Source: Limisphaerales bacterium
GTDB lineage: Bacteria; Verrucomicrobiota; Verrucomicrobiia; Limisphaerales; UBA9464
Assembly (NCBI GenBank): GCA_965283655.1
Contig: CBDIPJ010000015.1
Location: forward strand, 39,339 to 103,338
DNA length: 64,000 bases
Reading direction: 5' to 3'
Shown: positions 18,271 through 26,863 of the stretch, in pieces
Layout: each line of letters starts with the position of its first letter
Numbering within the stretch: the first letter of the stretch is position 1
Position numbers and translations under genes: made by a program
The notes under the pieces: model-generated
What the model saw: the letters and a program-made list of their open reading frames with translations, nothing else
Databases searched by the model: none
What the model was told of the DNA's origin: nothing

Positions 18271-20349
18271 ATGGCTGCTGACAATTCCGTTGTTGCGAAA
18301 GTTGAACTCCCCGCGTTGAAGCCCCAGGCCGTGAAGTCACGGTTGGCGGGCACGCCAACCCAGGCCCCCAGGTATGCGACGACCGTTCGCAATGCGGCGG
18401 GCGCCGAGGTGGTGTTGGGTTGCCCGAAGGCCACGCGCGGGTTGGTGGCGCTGATGAACGTCCACGCGGTGAACGGTGGCGCGGCGTGTCACTGGGGCGG
18501 TCCGGCAGCGTTCGCGGAAATCAATTCGGCGATCCACGGGCTGATGTTCGGTGCCGCCGGGCGTCCGTGGCATGCGGCGTACAATTACGTCAACGACGCG
18601 GGCCATGCCGAGAACGGCATCTACGCGCTGCGCGCGAACTACGGCTTCGACGGCACGACCTTCGAGTGCCTCAAGGGGTTCCGGTCGATCGCGTCCAAGC
18701 TCACCGGGCACGGTGAATCCCATCTGAACCCCGAGGGCGTGCTGCTCTCGAACGGGCCGTTGGGTTCGGCATTGCCGCAGGCGCAGGGGTTGGCCATCGC
18801 GGATCATCTCGCGGGCAATGACCGCGTGACGATCGCGGTGGTGTCCGACGGCGCGTCGATGGAAGGCGAGGCCAAGGAGTCGTTCGCGGCGATTCCCGGC
18901 CTGGCGTCGAAGGGACATGTGAATCCCTTCGTGATGATCATCTCGGACAACGACACGAAGCTGTCGGGCCGCATCACCAAGGATTCCTTCTCGATGCAGC
19001 CGACGTTCGCGGCGTTGGATGACCTCGGCTGGGACGTGCGGAAGGTCGAGAATGGCCATGATCTGCAGGCGGTGTATCTCGCGTTGGAGAAGGCGGTCGC
19101 CGACACGAAGGCGAATGCCACGAAGCCGGTCTGCCTCTGGGTGAAGACGATCAAGGGCTACGGCGTGAAGTCGACGATGGAGAACGCCGCGGGTGGCCAC
19201 GGGTTCCCGCTGGCCAACGGTGAGAAGATCATCGAGTTCGTGGACGAGATCTTCAGCGGCGCGACGCCCGCCGAATTCAAGACGTGGGCGCAGACGCTCC
19301 GGGCGGACTGGGAGGCGAAGGAAGCGGCCAAGAAGGCGAAGGCCGCGGCTGCCGCTGCGAATCCGGCACCGACGGTTGCCGCGATCAAGAAGGACAAGGT
19401 CCAGGCCGGTCTGGCGGCGGGTGCGATCAAGGCGGCGATGGAAGGGTACCCGGTCTACTCCGTGTCCTCGGACGTGCAGGGCTCGACGGGCATCAGCACC
19501 TTCCAGAAGGCCACGGGCCGGTTCATCGAGGTCGGCATCGCCGAGTCGAACATGATCTCGGTGGCGGCCGGTCTTTCGAAGGTCGGGTTCATCCCCATCG
19601 TGGACACCTTCGGCCAGTTCGGTGTGACGAAGGGCAACCTGCCGCTGACGATGGCGGCGCTGTCGCAGGCACCGGTCATCGCGATGTTCTCGCATGTCGG
19701 GTTCCAGGACGCGGCGGACGGGGCGTCGCACCAGGCGACGACCTACTTCGCGGCCGTCAGTGCGATCCCGCACACGGTGGTGGTTGCGCCCAGTTGCGCG
19801 GAAGAGGCCGAGGCGTTCATGTACGAGGCGGTCCGCCATATTGCGCAGGAACGCGAGGCCGGCCGGGACGGGGAGTCCGTGATCTTCTTCGTGGGCCGCG
19901 AGAATTACCCGGTGCGCTGGGTGGAAGGCTCGAACTACGCGTGGGGCAAGGCGCAGGTCATCCAGGAAGGCACGGACGTCGTGCTGGTGGGATCGGGCGT
20001 GCTGTTCAACAAGGCGCTGGAAGCGGCGAAGCTGCTGGCGGCGCAGGGACGTTCGGCGACGGTGATCAACAACCCGTTCGTGAACCTGGTGGACGTCGAA
20101 ACCATCGGGGCCGCGGTGAAGAAGTGCGGCGGCCGGTTGGTCACGATCGAGGATCACCAGTTGATCTGCGGCATGGGCGCGCAGGTTTCGCATGCCCTGT
20201 CCACGGCTGGGATCGCGCATCGTGCGGTGTCGCTGGGCATCCACGGCGAGTTTGGCCAGTCGGCGTACATGGCGGAGGAACTCTACGTGCGCCACGGCCT
20301 CACCGGCCCCAAGATGGCCGAGGCGGCGCTGAAGCTCATCAACGGCTGA
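18271..20349 (+). CDS. Transketolase-family thiamine-diphosphate enzyme
   Basis: TPP-binding region GHGESHLNPEGVLLSNGPLGSALPQAQGLAIA...VVSDGASMEGEA...IISDNDTKLSG, a pyrimidine-binding domain (FIEVGIAESNMISVAAGL) and a C-terminal domain. ATG at 18271. Confidence 0.8.
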   Translation: MAADNSVVAKVELPALKPQAVKSRLAGTPTQAPRYATTVRNAAGAEVVLGCPKATRGLVALMNVHAVNGGAACHWGGPAAFAEINSAIHGLMFGAAGRPWHAAYNYVNDAGHAENGIYALRANYGFDGTTFECLKGFRSIASKLTGHGESHLNPEGVLLSNGPLGSALPQAQGLAIADHLAGNDRVTIAVVSDGASMEGEAKESFAAIPGLASKGHVNPFVMIISDNDTKLSGRITKDSFSMQPTFAALDDLGWDVRKVENGHDLQAVYLALEKAVADTKANATKPVCLWVKTIKGYGVKSTMENAAGGHGFPLANGEKIIEFVDEIFSGATPAEFKTWAQTLRADWEAKEAAKKAKAAAAAANPAPTVAAIKKDKVQAGLAAGAIKAAMEGYPVYSVSSDVQGSTGISTFQKATGRFIEVGIAESNMISVAAGLSKVGFIPIVDTFGQFGVTKGNLPLTMAALSQAPVIAMFSHVGFQDAADGASHQATTYFAAVSAIPHTVVVAPSCAEEAEAFMYEAVRHIAQEREAGRDGESVIFFVGRENYPVRWVEGSNYAWGKAQVIQEGTDVVLVGSGVLFNKALEAAKLLAAQGRSATVINNPFVNLVDVETIGAAVKKCGGRLVTIEDHQLICGMGAQVSHALSTAGIAHRAVSLGIHGEFGQSAYMAEELYVRHGLTGPKMAEAALKLING

Positions 20350-20392
20350 GGTGACGTGCGGTCTCCGGACCGCTGGTTTGGTCGGTTGTTTT

Positions 20393-20440
20393 CCGTCGGC
20401 GGATCCGGAACTGTCCGGGTTCGCCGACGGCGGTTTTTAT
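20393..20440 (+). terminator. Candidate intrinsic terminator after the transketolase-family gene
   Basis: Stem CCGTCGGCGGATCCGGA / TCCGGGTTCGCCGACGG followed by CGGTTTTTAT, about 45 nt after the stop at 20349. Confidence 0.55.
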
Positions 20441-20446
20441 ATCACT

Positions 20447-20728
20447 ATGATTCTCTGGGTTTACATCGCGATGCTGATCGCGGGCGGGATGGTGGGCTTC
20501 ATCAAGGCGGGCTCGAAGGTCTCGATCATCGCGTCGACGGTGCTGGCGGTGCCGCTGGTGGCGGTGAACCTCGGGTATCTCCCATTGCAGGTGGCTTGGG
20601 TGGTGATCGGCATGGTGGCCGCGATCTTCGCCGTGCGGTTCGCCAAGACCCGGAAACCGATGCCGGCCATTCCGATGATCGTGGCGTCGGCGGTGGTGCT
20701 CACCTTGCTGATCGTGCGCGGGCGCTAG
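20447..20728 (+). CDS. TMEM14/UPF0136-family small membrane protein
   Basis: 93 aa with MLIAGGMVGFIKAGSKVSIIAS (GGxxGxxKxGSxxS signature) and RFAKTRKPMPA. No obvious RBS. Confidence 0.55.
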   Translation: MILWVYIAMLIAGGMVGFIKAGSKVSIIASTVLAVPLVAVNLGYLPLQVAWVVIGMVAAIFAVRFAKTRKPMPAIPMIVASAVVLTLLIVRGR

Positions 20729-20733
20729 TTCGC

Positions 20734-23646
20734 ATGGATCCGCGCCAACTGCCGGTCTGGGCGCTGCACCAGCCCATCCTTGAGTCGCTGCGCCAGCACG
20801 GTCGGCTGGTGTTGGTGGCGGCCACGGGATCCGGGAAGACCACGCAGGTGCCGCAGATGCTGCTGGACGCCGGCCTGGCGGGCGGGAAACGGATCGTCGT
20901 GCTGCAGCCCCGGCGCGTGGCGGCACGGACGGTGGCGTCGCGGGTGGCGTGGGAACGCGGCGGAAAGCTCGGGGGCGAGGTCGGGTATCAGGTCCGTTTC
21001 GAGGATCACATCGCGCGGGATACCAAGCTGTGCTTCGTGACGGAAGGCATCCTGCTGCGTTGGCTCCAGGACGACCGGACGCTGTCGGATATCGGGATCG
21101 TGGTGTTCGACGAGTTCCACGAGCGCAATCTCCTCAGTGATGTGGCGCTGGCCTTGGTGAAGGAGTTGCGCCGGACGTCGCGGCCGGATCTGGGAATCGT
21201 GGTGATGTCGGCGACGTTGGATGCGGAACCGGTGGCGAGGTATCTGGGGCCGGGGGAGTTGCCAGTTGCCAGTGGCCAGATGCCAGAGGGGAGTCGCCAG
21301 TTGCCAGATTCCGGGACTGGAAACCGGGGACTGGAGACTGGGGGTTCTTCGGCCAGCCTCCTGACGTCGTCTGCTACCTTGGAGAGCGTAGCTGACGAGG
21401 TCACGAGGCAGTGGTGCCGGGCTTCAAACTTGAATCTTCAAACTTCCAACTCACTCCCCAGCCTCCTGACGTCGTCTGCTACCTTGGAGAGCGTAGCTGA
21501 CGAGGTCACGAGGCAGTGGTGCCGGGCTTCAAACTTGAATCTTCAAACTTCCAACTCACTCCCCAGCCTCCTGACGTCGTCTGCTACGGTGCCGGTGCTG
21601 GTTTCGGAGGGGCGGACGTTTCCGGTGGAGGTCCGGTGGGCGGACTACAACGACGGGCGACCGGAGTGGGAGCAGGCGGTGGCGGCGGTGGAGAAGATCG
21701 TGTCGAACGGGTGGGAGGGGGACATCCTGGTGTTCATGCCGGGGATGGGTGAGATCCAGACGACGCTTCGGGAGTTGGGAGCGGCGCGTTTGGGTGAGAA
21801 GGTGAACCTGATGGCGTTGCACGGCGACCTGCCTCCGGAGGAGCAGGACCGTGCCTTCCAGCCGAGTGAACGTCGAAAGATTGTCGTCAGCACGAACGTC
21901 GCGGAGACGAGCGTCACGATCGATGGGGTGCGTCATGTGGTGGACGCGGGGTTGGCGCGGGTAGCGCGGTACGACTCGGAGCGTGGAATCCAGACGTTGC
22001 TGGTGGAACAGATCAGCCGGGCTTCGGCGGACCAGCGGGCAGGGCGCGCGGGCCGGACGGCGCCGGGAACGTGCTGGCGGTTGTGGACGGAGAGCGGACA
22101 CCTGAACCGACCAGCGCGGAACACGCCGGAGATCCAGCGGGCCGACCTCGCGGAAGTGGTCCTCTTGCTGCATTCGCTGGGTGTTCGTCGGGCGGTTGAA
22201 TTTGACTGGTTGGATCGTCCAGACCGGGAGGCCGTGGAACGTGCGGAGCGATTGCTGGTGACCCTGGGCGCGTTGGAGGCGGGGGATTCGGCGCACGGTG
22301 AACTGACCGAGATCGGCCGGAGGATGCTGCGGCTTCCGATGCATCCACGGTTTGGTCGGATGCTGGTGGAGGCCGGGCGTCGTGGATGTGTTCCGTCGGC
22401 GGCCCTGTGTGCGTCGCTGGTGAGCGGTCGGGATCTGATGGTGCGGATCGGTCGGGACGAAGGGCACCTGAAGGATCGGCGGGAAGTGTTCGAAGGGGAT
22501 GGAGGTAGTGATTTCCACACGCTGCTCCGGGCGCATCAGTTCGCGCGGAACAACGGATTCTCCGTCGACGCGTGTCGGCGCCATGCCATCCACGGGCAGA
22601 CGGCGCGGCAGGTGGAGGATACCTACCGGCAGATCCTGCAGTTGGCGCGTCGCGAGGGATTGTTGGCGGGAGGCGAGGACGGTGCCGGGGAGACGAAACC
22701 CGAGGCACTGGAGCGTTGTCTGGTGGCGGGATTCGTGGACCAGCTTTGCCTGCGGAAGAACCTGGGGACGCTCGATTGCGAGCTGACGGAAGGTCGCGCC
22801 GGGACGCTGGTGCGCGAGAGCGTCGTTCAGGATGCGTCGTTGTTTGTGGCGGCTTCGGTGCGGGAGGTCAGTGGCCGGGGCGGGAAGCTCACGTTGTTGT
22901 CGCAATGCACGGCGGTGAAACTGGAGTGGCTGCGCGAGATGTTCCCGCAGCATTTCAGTTCACGCCTGGAGCACCTGTACGATCGCACCCACAAGCGGGT
23001 GGCGGCGGTGGATGTGATCCGGTTCCTCGATCTGGTGGTGGATCAACAGCACCGGCGGGAGGTGGATCCGGTGGCGTCGGGCCGGTGCCTCGCGGATGCG
23101 GCAGCGCGCGGGTGGCTGGAGTTGCCGAACATCGATCATGCGGTGCAGCAGTGGATCGGTCGGGTGGAATGCCTGCGGGCAGCGGTGCCCGAACTGGAGT
23201 TGCCGTCGATGGCCATGGAAGGCCGGCAACACGCGTTGGAGGCGGGGTTTCGCGGAATGACGCTGGGGCGCGAGGCGCAGGCGGCGAACCTGCTGCCGGC
23301 GTTCCGGGCGGTGCTTTCGAAGGATCTGCAGTCCTTTGTCGATGAGTTGGCACCCTTGCAGGTAGCGGGCGTGGAAGGAAAGCCGTGGAAGCTGGCGTAC
23401 GCGGTCGACAAGGACGACGCATCGGCGCCGCCGGTGCCCGAGGTCCAGGTCAAGCTGCTGGACCTGCTGCCGCTGAAGGAACATCCGCGCGTGGCGGAAG
23501 GACGGGTGCCGATCCGGATCTGGATCCAGGACCCGACGGGGAAGCGGTTGGCCTCGACGCGGGATTGGCCGGCGTGGCGTGCGGGAGAGTATCCGAAGAT
23601 CCGGTCGACGCTGAAGACGAAGCACCCGGGGTTCCTGTGGCCGTGA
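20734..23646 (+). CDS. hrpB: ATP-dependent DEAH-box RNA helicase HrpB-like, carrying an in-frame repeat insertion
   Basis: Motif I ATGSGKTTQVP, II DEFHERN, III SATL, then after the insert VPVLVSEGRTFPVEVRW, TNVAETSVTIDGV and QRAGRAGR, plus an HrpB_C-like end (KHPGFLWP). ATG at 20734; the 20356 start in the track overlaps the TMEM14 gene. Confidence 0.9.
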   Translation: MDPRQLPVWALHQPILESLRQHGRLVLVAATGSGKTTQVPQMLLDAGLAGGKRIVVLQPRRVAARTVASRVAWERGGKLGGEVGYQVRFEDHIARDTKLCFVTEGILLRWLQDDRTLSDIGIVVFDEFHERNLLSDVALALVKELRRTSRPDLGIVVMSATLDAEPVARYLGPGELPVASGQMPEGSRQLPDSGTGNRGLETGGSSASLLTSSATLESVADEVTRQWCRASNLNLQTSNSLPSLLTSSATLESVADEVTRQWCRASNLNLQTSNSLPSLLTSSATVPVLVSEGRTFPVEVRWADYNDGRPEWEQAVAAVEKIVSNGWEGDILVFMPGMGEIQTTLRELGAARLGEKVNLMALHGDLPPEEQDRAFQPSERRKIVVSTNVAETSVTIDGVRHVVDAGLARVARYDSERGIQTLLVEQISRASADQRAGRAGRTAPGTCWRLWTESGHLNRPARNTPEIQRADLAEVVLLLHSLGVRRAVEFDWLDRPDREAVERAERLLVTLGALEAGDSAHGELTEIGRRMLRLPMHPRFGRMLVEAGRRGCVPSAALCASLVSGRDLMVRIGRDEGHLKDRREVFEGDGGSDFHTLLRAHQFARNNGFSVDACRRHAIHGQTARQVEDTYRQILQLARREGLLAGGEDGAGETKPEALERCLVAGFVDQLCLRKNLGTLDCELTEGRAGTLVRESVVQDASLFVAASVREVSGRGGKLTLLSQCTAVKLEWLREMFPQHFSSRLEHLYDRTHKRVAAVDVIRFLDLVVDQQHRREVDPVASGRCLADAAARGWLELPNIDHAVQQWIGRVECLRAAVPELELPSMAMEGRQHALEAGFRGMTLGREAQAANLLPAFRAVLSKDLQSFVDELAPLQVAGVEGKPWKLAYAVDKDDASAPPVPEVQVKLLDLLPLKEHPRVAEGRVPIRIWIQDPTGKRLASTRDWPAWRAGEYPKIRSTLKTKHPGFLWP
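21250..21588. repeat. Repeat block inside hrpB: 13 heptads, then 2 perfect 105-bp units (P-loop-Q'-CTTCAAA tract) and a terminal P
   Basis: Heptads span 21257-21347 (AGTTGCC..., GGGACTG...). P motifs start at 21354, 21459 and 21564, and Q' motifs at 21388 and 21493. The two 105-bp units are identical by eye. Confidence 0.9.
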
Positions 23647-23789
23647 GCGGAGTGGCGATGTCCTCATCGCCGTGGGGAGGGGCTTTGGGACAGGGCGACG
23701 AGGACGTCGCCGCCCCGTTCGGTAGCGGAGTGGCGATGTCCTCATCGCCATGGGGAGGGGCTTGGGGAGAGGGCGACGTGGACGTCGCC
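23647..23789. repeat. Family B double-hairpin element, 2 tandem units (78-bp period)
   Basis: GGCGATGTCCTCATCGCC ... GGCGACG(A/T)GGACGTCGCCGCCCCGTTC occurs twice, between the convergent stops of hrpB (23646) and the ABC permease (23807). Confidence 0.9.
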
Positions 23790-23806
23790 GCCCCGTTCCA
23801 AATTGT

Positions 23807-24643
23807 TTACGACTTGATGTCGCGGACACTGAAGACGGCGACGCCGCCGGCGAAGAAGGTGGCGTTCATCCCGAGGAGGAGGAAGAGGGACTCGCCGATG
23901 CGTCCCCACTGGATGGGTTCGCCGTAGAGCTGTTGCCAGAGGTTGAGGTGGTAGGTGAGGAACCACGGCTTCAGGTCATTGAACCAGGGAATGTTCATCA
24001 TGATGAAGCTGAGGAACACGAGGGAGAGGGCGAGGATGGTGGCGGCGGCGGGCTTCACGTTGAAGCATCCGAAGAAGAACGAGAGGCCCATGACGGAGAT
24101 GGCGGCCATCGACATGAAGACATGCGCGCCGGCGAAGCGGATGAGGCCGTCGCGGGGGGCGAAGACCGCGAAGGATTCGCCCGGGAAGAAGTAGAACAGT
24201 CCGCCCCAGTCGAAGCAGGTGAGGCCGAGGAGGAGTCCGCTCACGCCGAGCATGAGGCAGAGCAGCATGGAGAAGATCGAGCCGGCGGCCCACTTGAGGG
24301 CGAGCAGGCGGACCCGCGAGATCGGACGCGCGAGGATCAGGCGCAGGGTGCCGTCCTCGGCTTCCTTGGCGACGAGGTCGCCGCCGACGAGGGCTCCGAA
24401 CAGGGGCAGCAGGATGATGGCGAGCCAGAAGTTGGTGAAGGTGGCGGCGGTGAGCGGCGACAGGAACTGGGTCATGTCGTAGCCGTTGTTCTCGAGGAGG
24501 CGGCCCATGTCGGCGGAGGCGCGCGAGAATCGGAAGACGAGGAGGATCACTGCCTGCGCGAGCAGGAACATGGTGAACCCGATATAGGTCCGCTTCTTGC
24601 CGAAGAGCTTCCAGAGTTCGTTGCGGAGTTGGAGGAGGAGCAT
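23807..24643 (-). CDS. ABC-2 type transporter permease
   Basis: MLLLQLRNELWKLFGKKRTYIGF... with 6 hydrophobic segments, immediately downstream of the ABC ATPase. I prefer the Met at 24643. Confidence 0.75.
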   Translation of the reverse strand: MLLLQLRNELWKLFGKKRTYIGFTMFLLAQAVILLVFRFSRASADMGRLLENNGYDMTQFLSPLTAATFTNFWLAIILLPLFGALVGGDLVAKEAEDGTLRLILARPISRVRLLALKWAAGSIFSMLLCLMLGVSGLLLGLTCFDWGGLFYFFPGESFAVFAPRDGLIRFAGAHVFMSMAAISVMGLSFFFGCFNVKPAAATILALSLVFLSFIMMNIPWFNDLKPWFLTYHLNLWQQLYGEPIQWGRIGESLFLLLGMNATFFAGGVAVFSVRDIKS

Positions 24644-24671
24644 GGCGTGGGAGGTCGAGGGCAGGAAAGCT

Positions 24672-25622
24672 TCAGGACGCACGGGTGGACGCGGCGATGG
24701 GCGGCGGGGCGGACTCCGTGCCCTGGCCAAGGCGGGCGGACTTCACGACGGAGAGATAGAAATCCTCCAGGGTCTGCGGTTCGCGCTGGGCTCCCTCGAC
24801 GTTGTGCCCGGCTTCGACCAGGCGTCGGACGATCCCGCTGACGTTGCGTCCAGGGGCGAGGAGGACGTGGCCGGAGGGATCGGAACCGGTGATCCATCCC
24901 TCCGCGAGGAGCAGTGCGGCGGCTTCGGTGAAGCGGTCGACGTCGAGGATGAGTTTCGGGGCGGAGGCGCGTGTCTCGGCGAGGGTGCCGTCAAAGACCT
25001 TCCGGCCGCCGTGGATGACGGCGATGCGGGAGCACAGTTGCTCGACCTCGGAGAGCAGGTGGGAGGACAGGAGGATGGTCAGGCCCAGGTTGCGATGGAG
25101 TCGCCGGATGGTCTCGCGCATCTCGTGGATGCCCTCGGGGTCGAGACCGTTGGTGGGTTCGTCGAGGATGAGGAGTTCGGGTCCGGGGAGCAGGGCCTGC
25201 GCGAGGGCGAGACGGGCGCGCATGCCGTGGGAATAGGTGCGGACCTTGGAATCCTCGCGTCCGCCGAGCCCGACCCATTCGGCGACCTCGCGGATGCGCT
25301 GGGCGGAAGTGGGGGCGGTGTAGGTGGCGAGGATCTCGAGGTTCCGGCGGCCGCTGAGGTAATCGTAGAAGATGGGCGTCTCAAAGATGGCTCCGACCTT
25401 GCGGAGGGCGTCGTGACGGTTGCGGGTGACGTCGTGGCCGCAGACGAGGACGGAGCCCGAGGTGGGCCAGACCTGGCCGAGGAGCATGCCGATGGTGGTG
25501 CTCTTCCCGGCCCCGTTGTGGCCCAGCAGGCCGAAGATCTCGCCCTTGGGAACGGTCAGGTCGAGGGATTCGACGGCGGGGCGGTTGCCGAAGATCTTGG
25601 TGAGCTTTTCGAGGGTGATCAT
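24672..25622 (-). CDS. ABC transporter ATP-binding protein
   Basis: Walker A GHNGAGKST, signature YSHGMRARLALA, Walker B LLILDEPTNGLD and the H-loop. Confidence 0.92.
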   Translation of the reverse strand: MITLEKLTKIFGNRPAVESLDLTVPKGEIFGLLGHNGAGKSTTIGMLLGQVWPTSGSVLVCGHDVTRNRHDALRKVGAIFETPIFYDYLSGRRNLEILATYTAPTSAQRIREVAEWVGLGGREDSKVRTYSHGMRARLALAQALLPGPELLILDEPTNGLDPEGIHEMRETIRRLHRNLGLTILLSSHLLSEVEQLCSRIAVIHGGRKVFDGTLAETRASAPKLILDVDRFTEAAALLLAEGWITGSDPSGHVLLAPGRNVSGIVRRLVEAGHNVEGAQREPQTLEDFYLSVVKSARLGQGTESAPPPIAASTRAS

Positions 25623-25656
25623 CGCGTGGGTTGCGGAAGCAGGGCGGGAAGGATTG

Positions 25657-26208
25657 TCACGGCGCGCCTGGGGAAGGCTCGGCTTCGAGGGTGAAGAAGG
25701 TCTTCACGGCGCCATCGGCGTAGAGGTGGTTCTTGCCGCGGTTGGCGCCGCGGGCGGCGTGGAAGCTCTCCTTGTCGCTGAACAGGGCAACACCGTCGGA
25801 CTTGAGCGAGAGCCCCATGAGCTTCGGGTGGTCGGCCGACTGTCCGTTCAGGAGGAAGTTCCAGAAGTAGCTGGACCCGGTCCGTTCGAAGACGCGTTGG
25901 CGGTCCGAGGGACAACGGAGGACGTCGCGGTTGCCAAGGTGCGGGGCGAGCACGTCCTCGACGGCGTTGGTGACGACCTGGTTGGTGTCGGTGGAGCGGT
26001 TGGCCATCGTGGGAAACCGGTTCTGGTGGTCGTCGAGGTAGAGTCGGAGGGCGATCCCGACCTGACGGAGGTTGGAGAGGCAGGCGGTGGCGCGCGCGGA
26101 TTCGGTAGCCTTGCCAAGCGTTGGGAGGAGAAGGCCTGCCAGGATCGCGATGATGGCGATGACCACGAGCAGTTCGATCAGCGTGAAGGCGTGGGGGGCT
26201 CGGTTCAT
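25657..26208 (-). CDS. Prepilin-type N-terminal cleavage/methylation domain protein (DUF1559-like)
   Basis: [29 protein letters not shown] followed by [16 protein letters not shown] at 26208. Confidence 0.85.
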   Translation of the reverse strand: MNRAPHAFTLIELLVVIAIIAILAGLLLPTLGKATESARATACLSNLRQVGIALRLYLDDHQNRFPTMANRSTDTNQVVTNAVEDVLAPHLGNRDVLRCPSDRQRVFERTGSSYFWNFLLNGQSADHPKLMGLSLKSDGVALFSDKESFHAARGANRGKNHLYADGAVKTFFTLEAEPSPGAP

Positions 26209-26209
26209 C

Positions 26210-26863
26210 TTACTTCGGTGGACCGGGGCGGCGGCGGTTCCGGAAGGAGCCACCGGTTTCCATGTTGCGCTGGAGTTCCTCGACGAGTGGTTGGAGTTGG
26301 GCACGCGTGTCGGCGGAGCCTTCGTCCATGAAGGTCTTGAGGCCCTTGGAGACGATGCGGTCGCGGGCCTCGGGGCTTAGTCCGGCGAAGGGATCCTCGC
26401 CGGGATCAGGCGCTGTGTTGCCGCCTTCGCCGGCATCGGCGGCCTGCAGCCGGGCCTCGCGCAGGCGTCGGAGGGAATCCTCGATGGACCGGCGGCGCTG
26501 GGCTTCGGGCATCTGCTCGAAGGCGGAGAGCATCTGGGTGACGCCGGAGGGCAGGGTGAGTTCGAGAAGTTCGGCCTTCTCGGATTCGGTCATCTGCGTG
26601 AGCCAGTCGCGCCATTCGCCAGCGAGGCGGGCTTCGCGGCGATCCTCGGGCTTCAAGGCGTTGAGGAGTTCGGCGAGGCGTCGGATGGCCTTGCGTCGTT
26701 CCTCGGGACTGAGCTTGGAAAGGTCCGTGGACTGGAGGAGGGCACGGATCTTTGCGGGACTGGGCTTGAGGTGTCGCACCAAGGCGAAACCTCCGTACGC
26801 GATGGCCCATGCGGCGACGAGACCGGCGAGCGAATACCAGAGTGGACGTGAGCGGGGCGACAC
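26210..26863 (-). CDS. Hypothetical membrane-anchored, charged helical protein
   Basis: N-terminal TM segment ([21 protein letters not shown]), then a Glu/Arg-rich helical sequence. The stop is 1 nt from the next gene's start. No family recognised. Confidence 0.45.
   Translation of the reverse strand: MSPRSRPLWYSLAGLVAAWAIAYGGFALVRHLKPSPAKIRALLQSTDLSKLSPEERRKAIRRLAELLNALKPEDRREARLAGEWRDWLTQMTESEKAELLELTLPSGVTQMLSAFEQMPEAQRRRSIEDSLRRLREARLQAADAGEGGNTAPDPGEDPFAGLSPEARDRIVSKGLKTFMDEGSADTRAQLQPLVEELQRNMETGGSFRNRRRPGPPK

Noticed and set aside
21250-21588. Intein or self-splicing intron interrupting hrpB
   Set aside because: There are no intein splice-junction residues or blocks, and the segment is far too short. 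No group I or II intron features or intron-encoded ORF are present. The sequence is entirely composed of the same repeat modules found in intergenic DNA.
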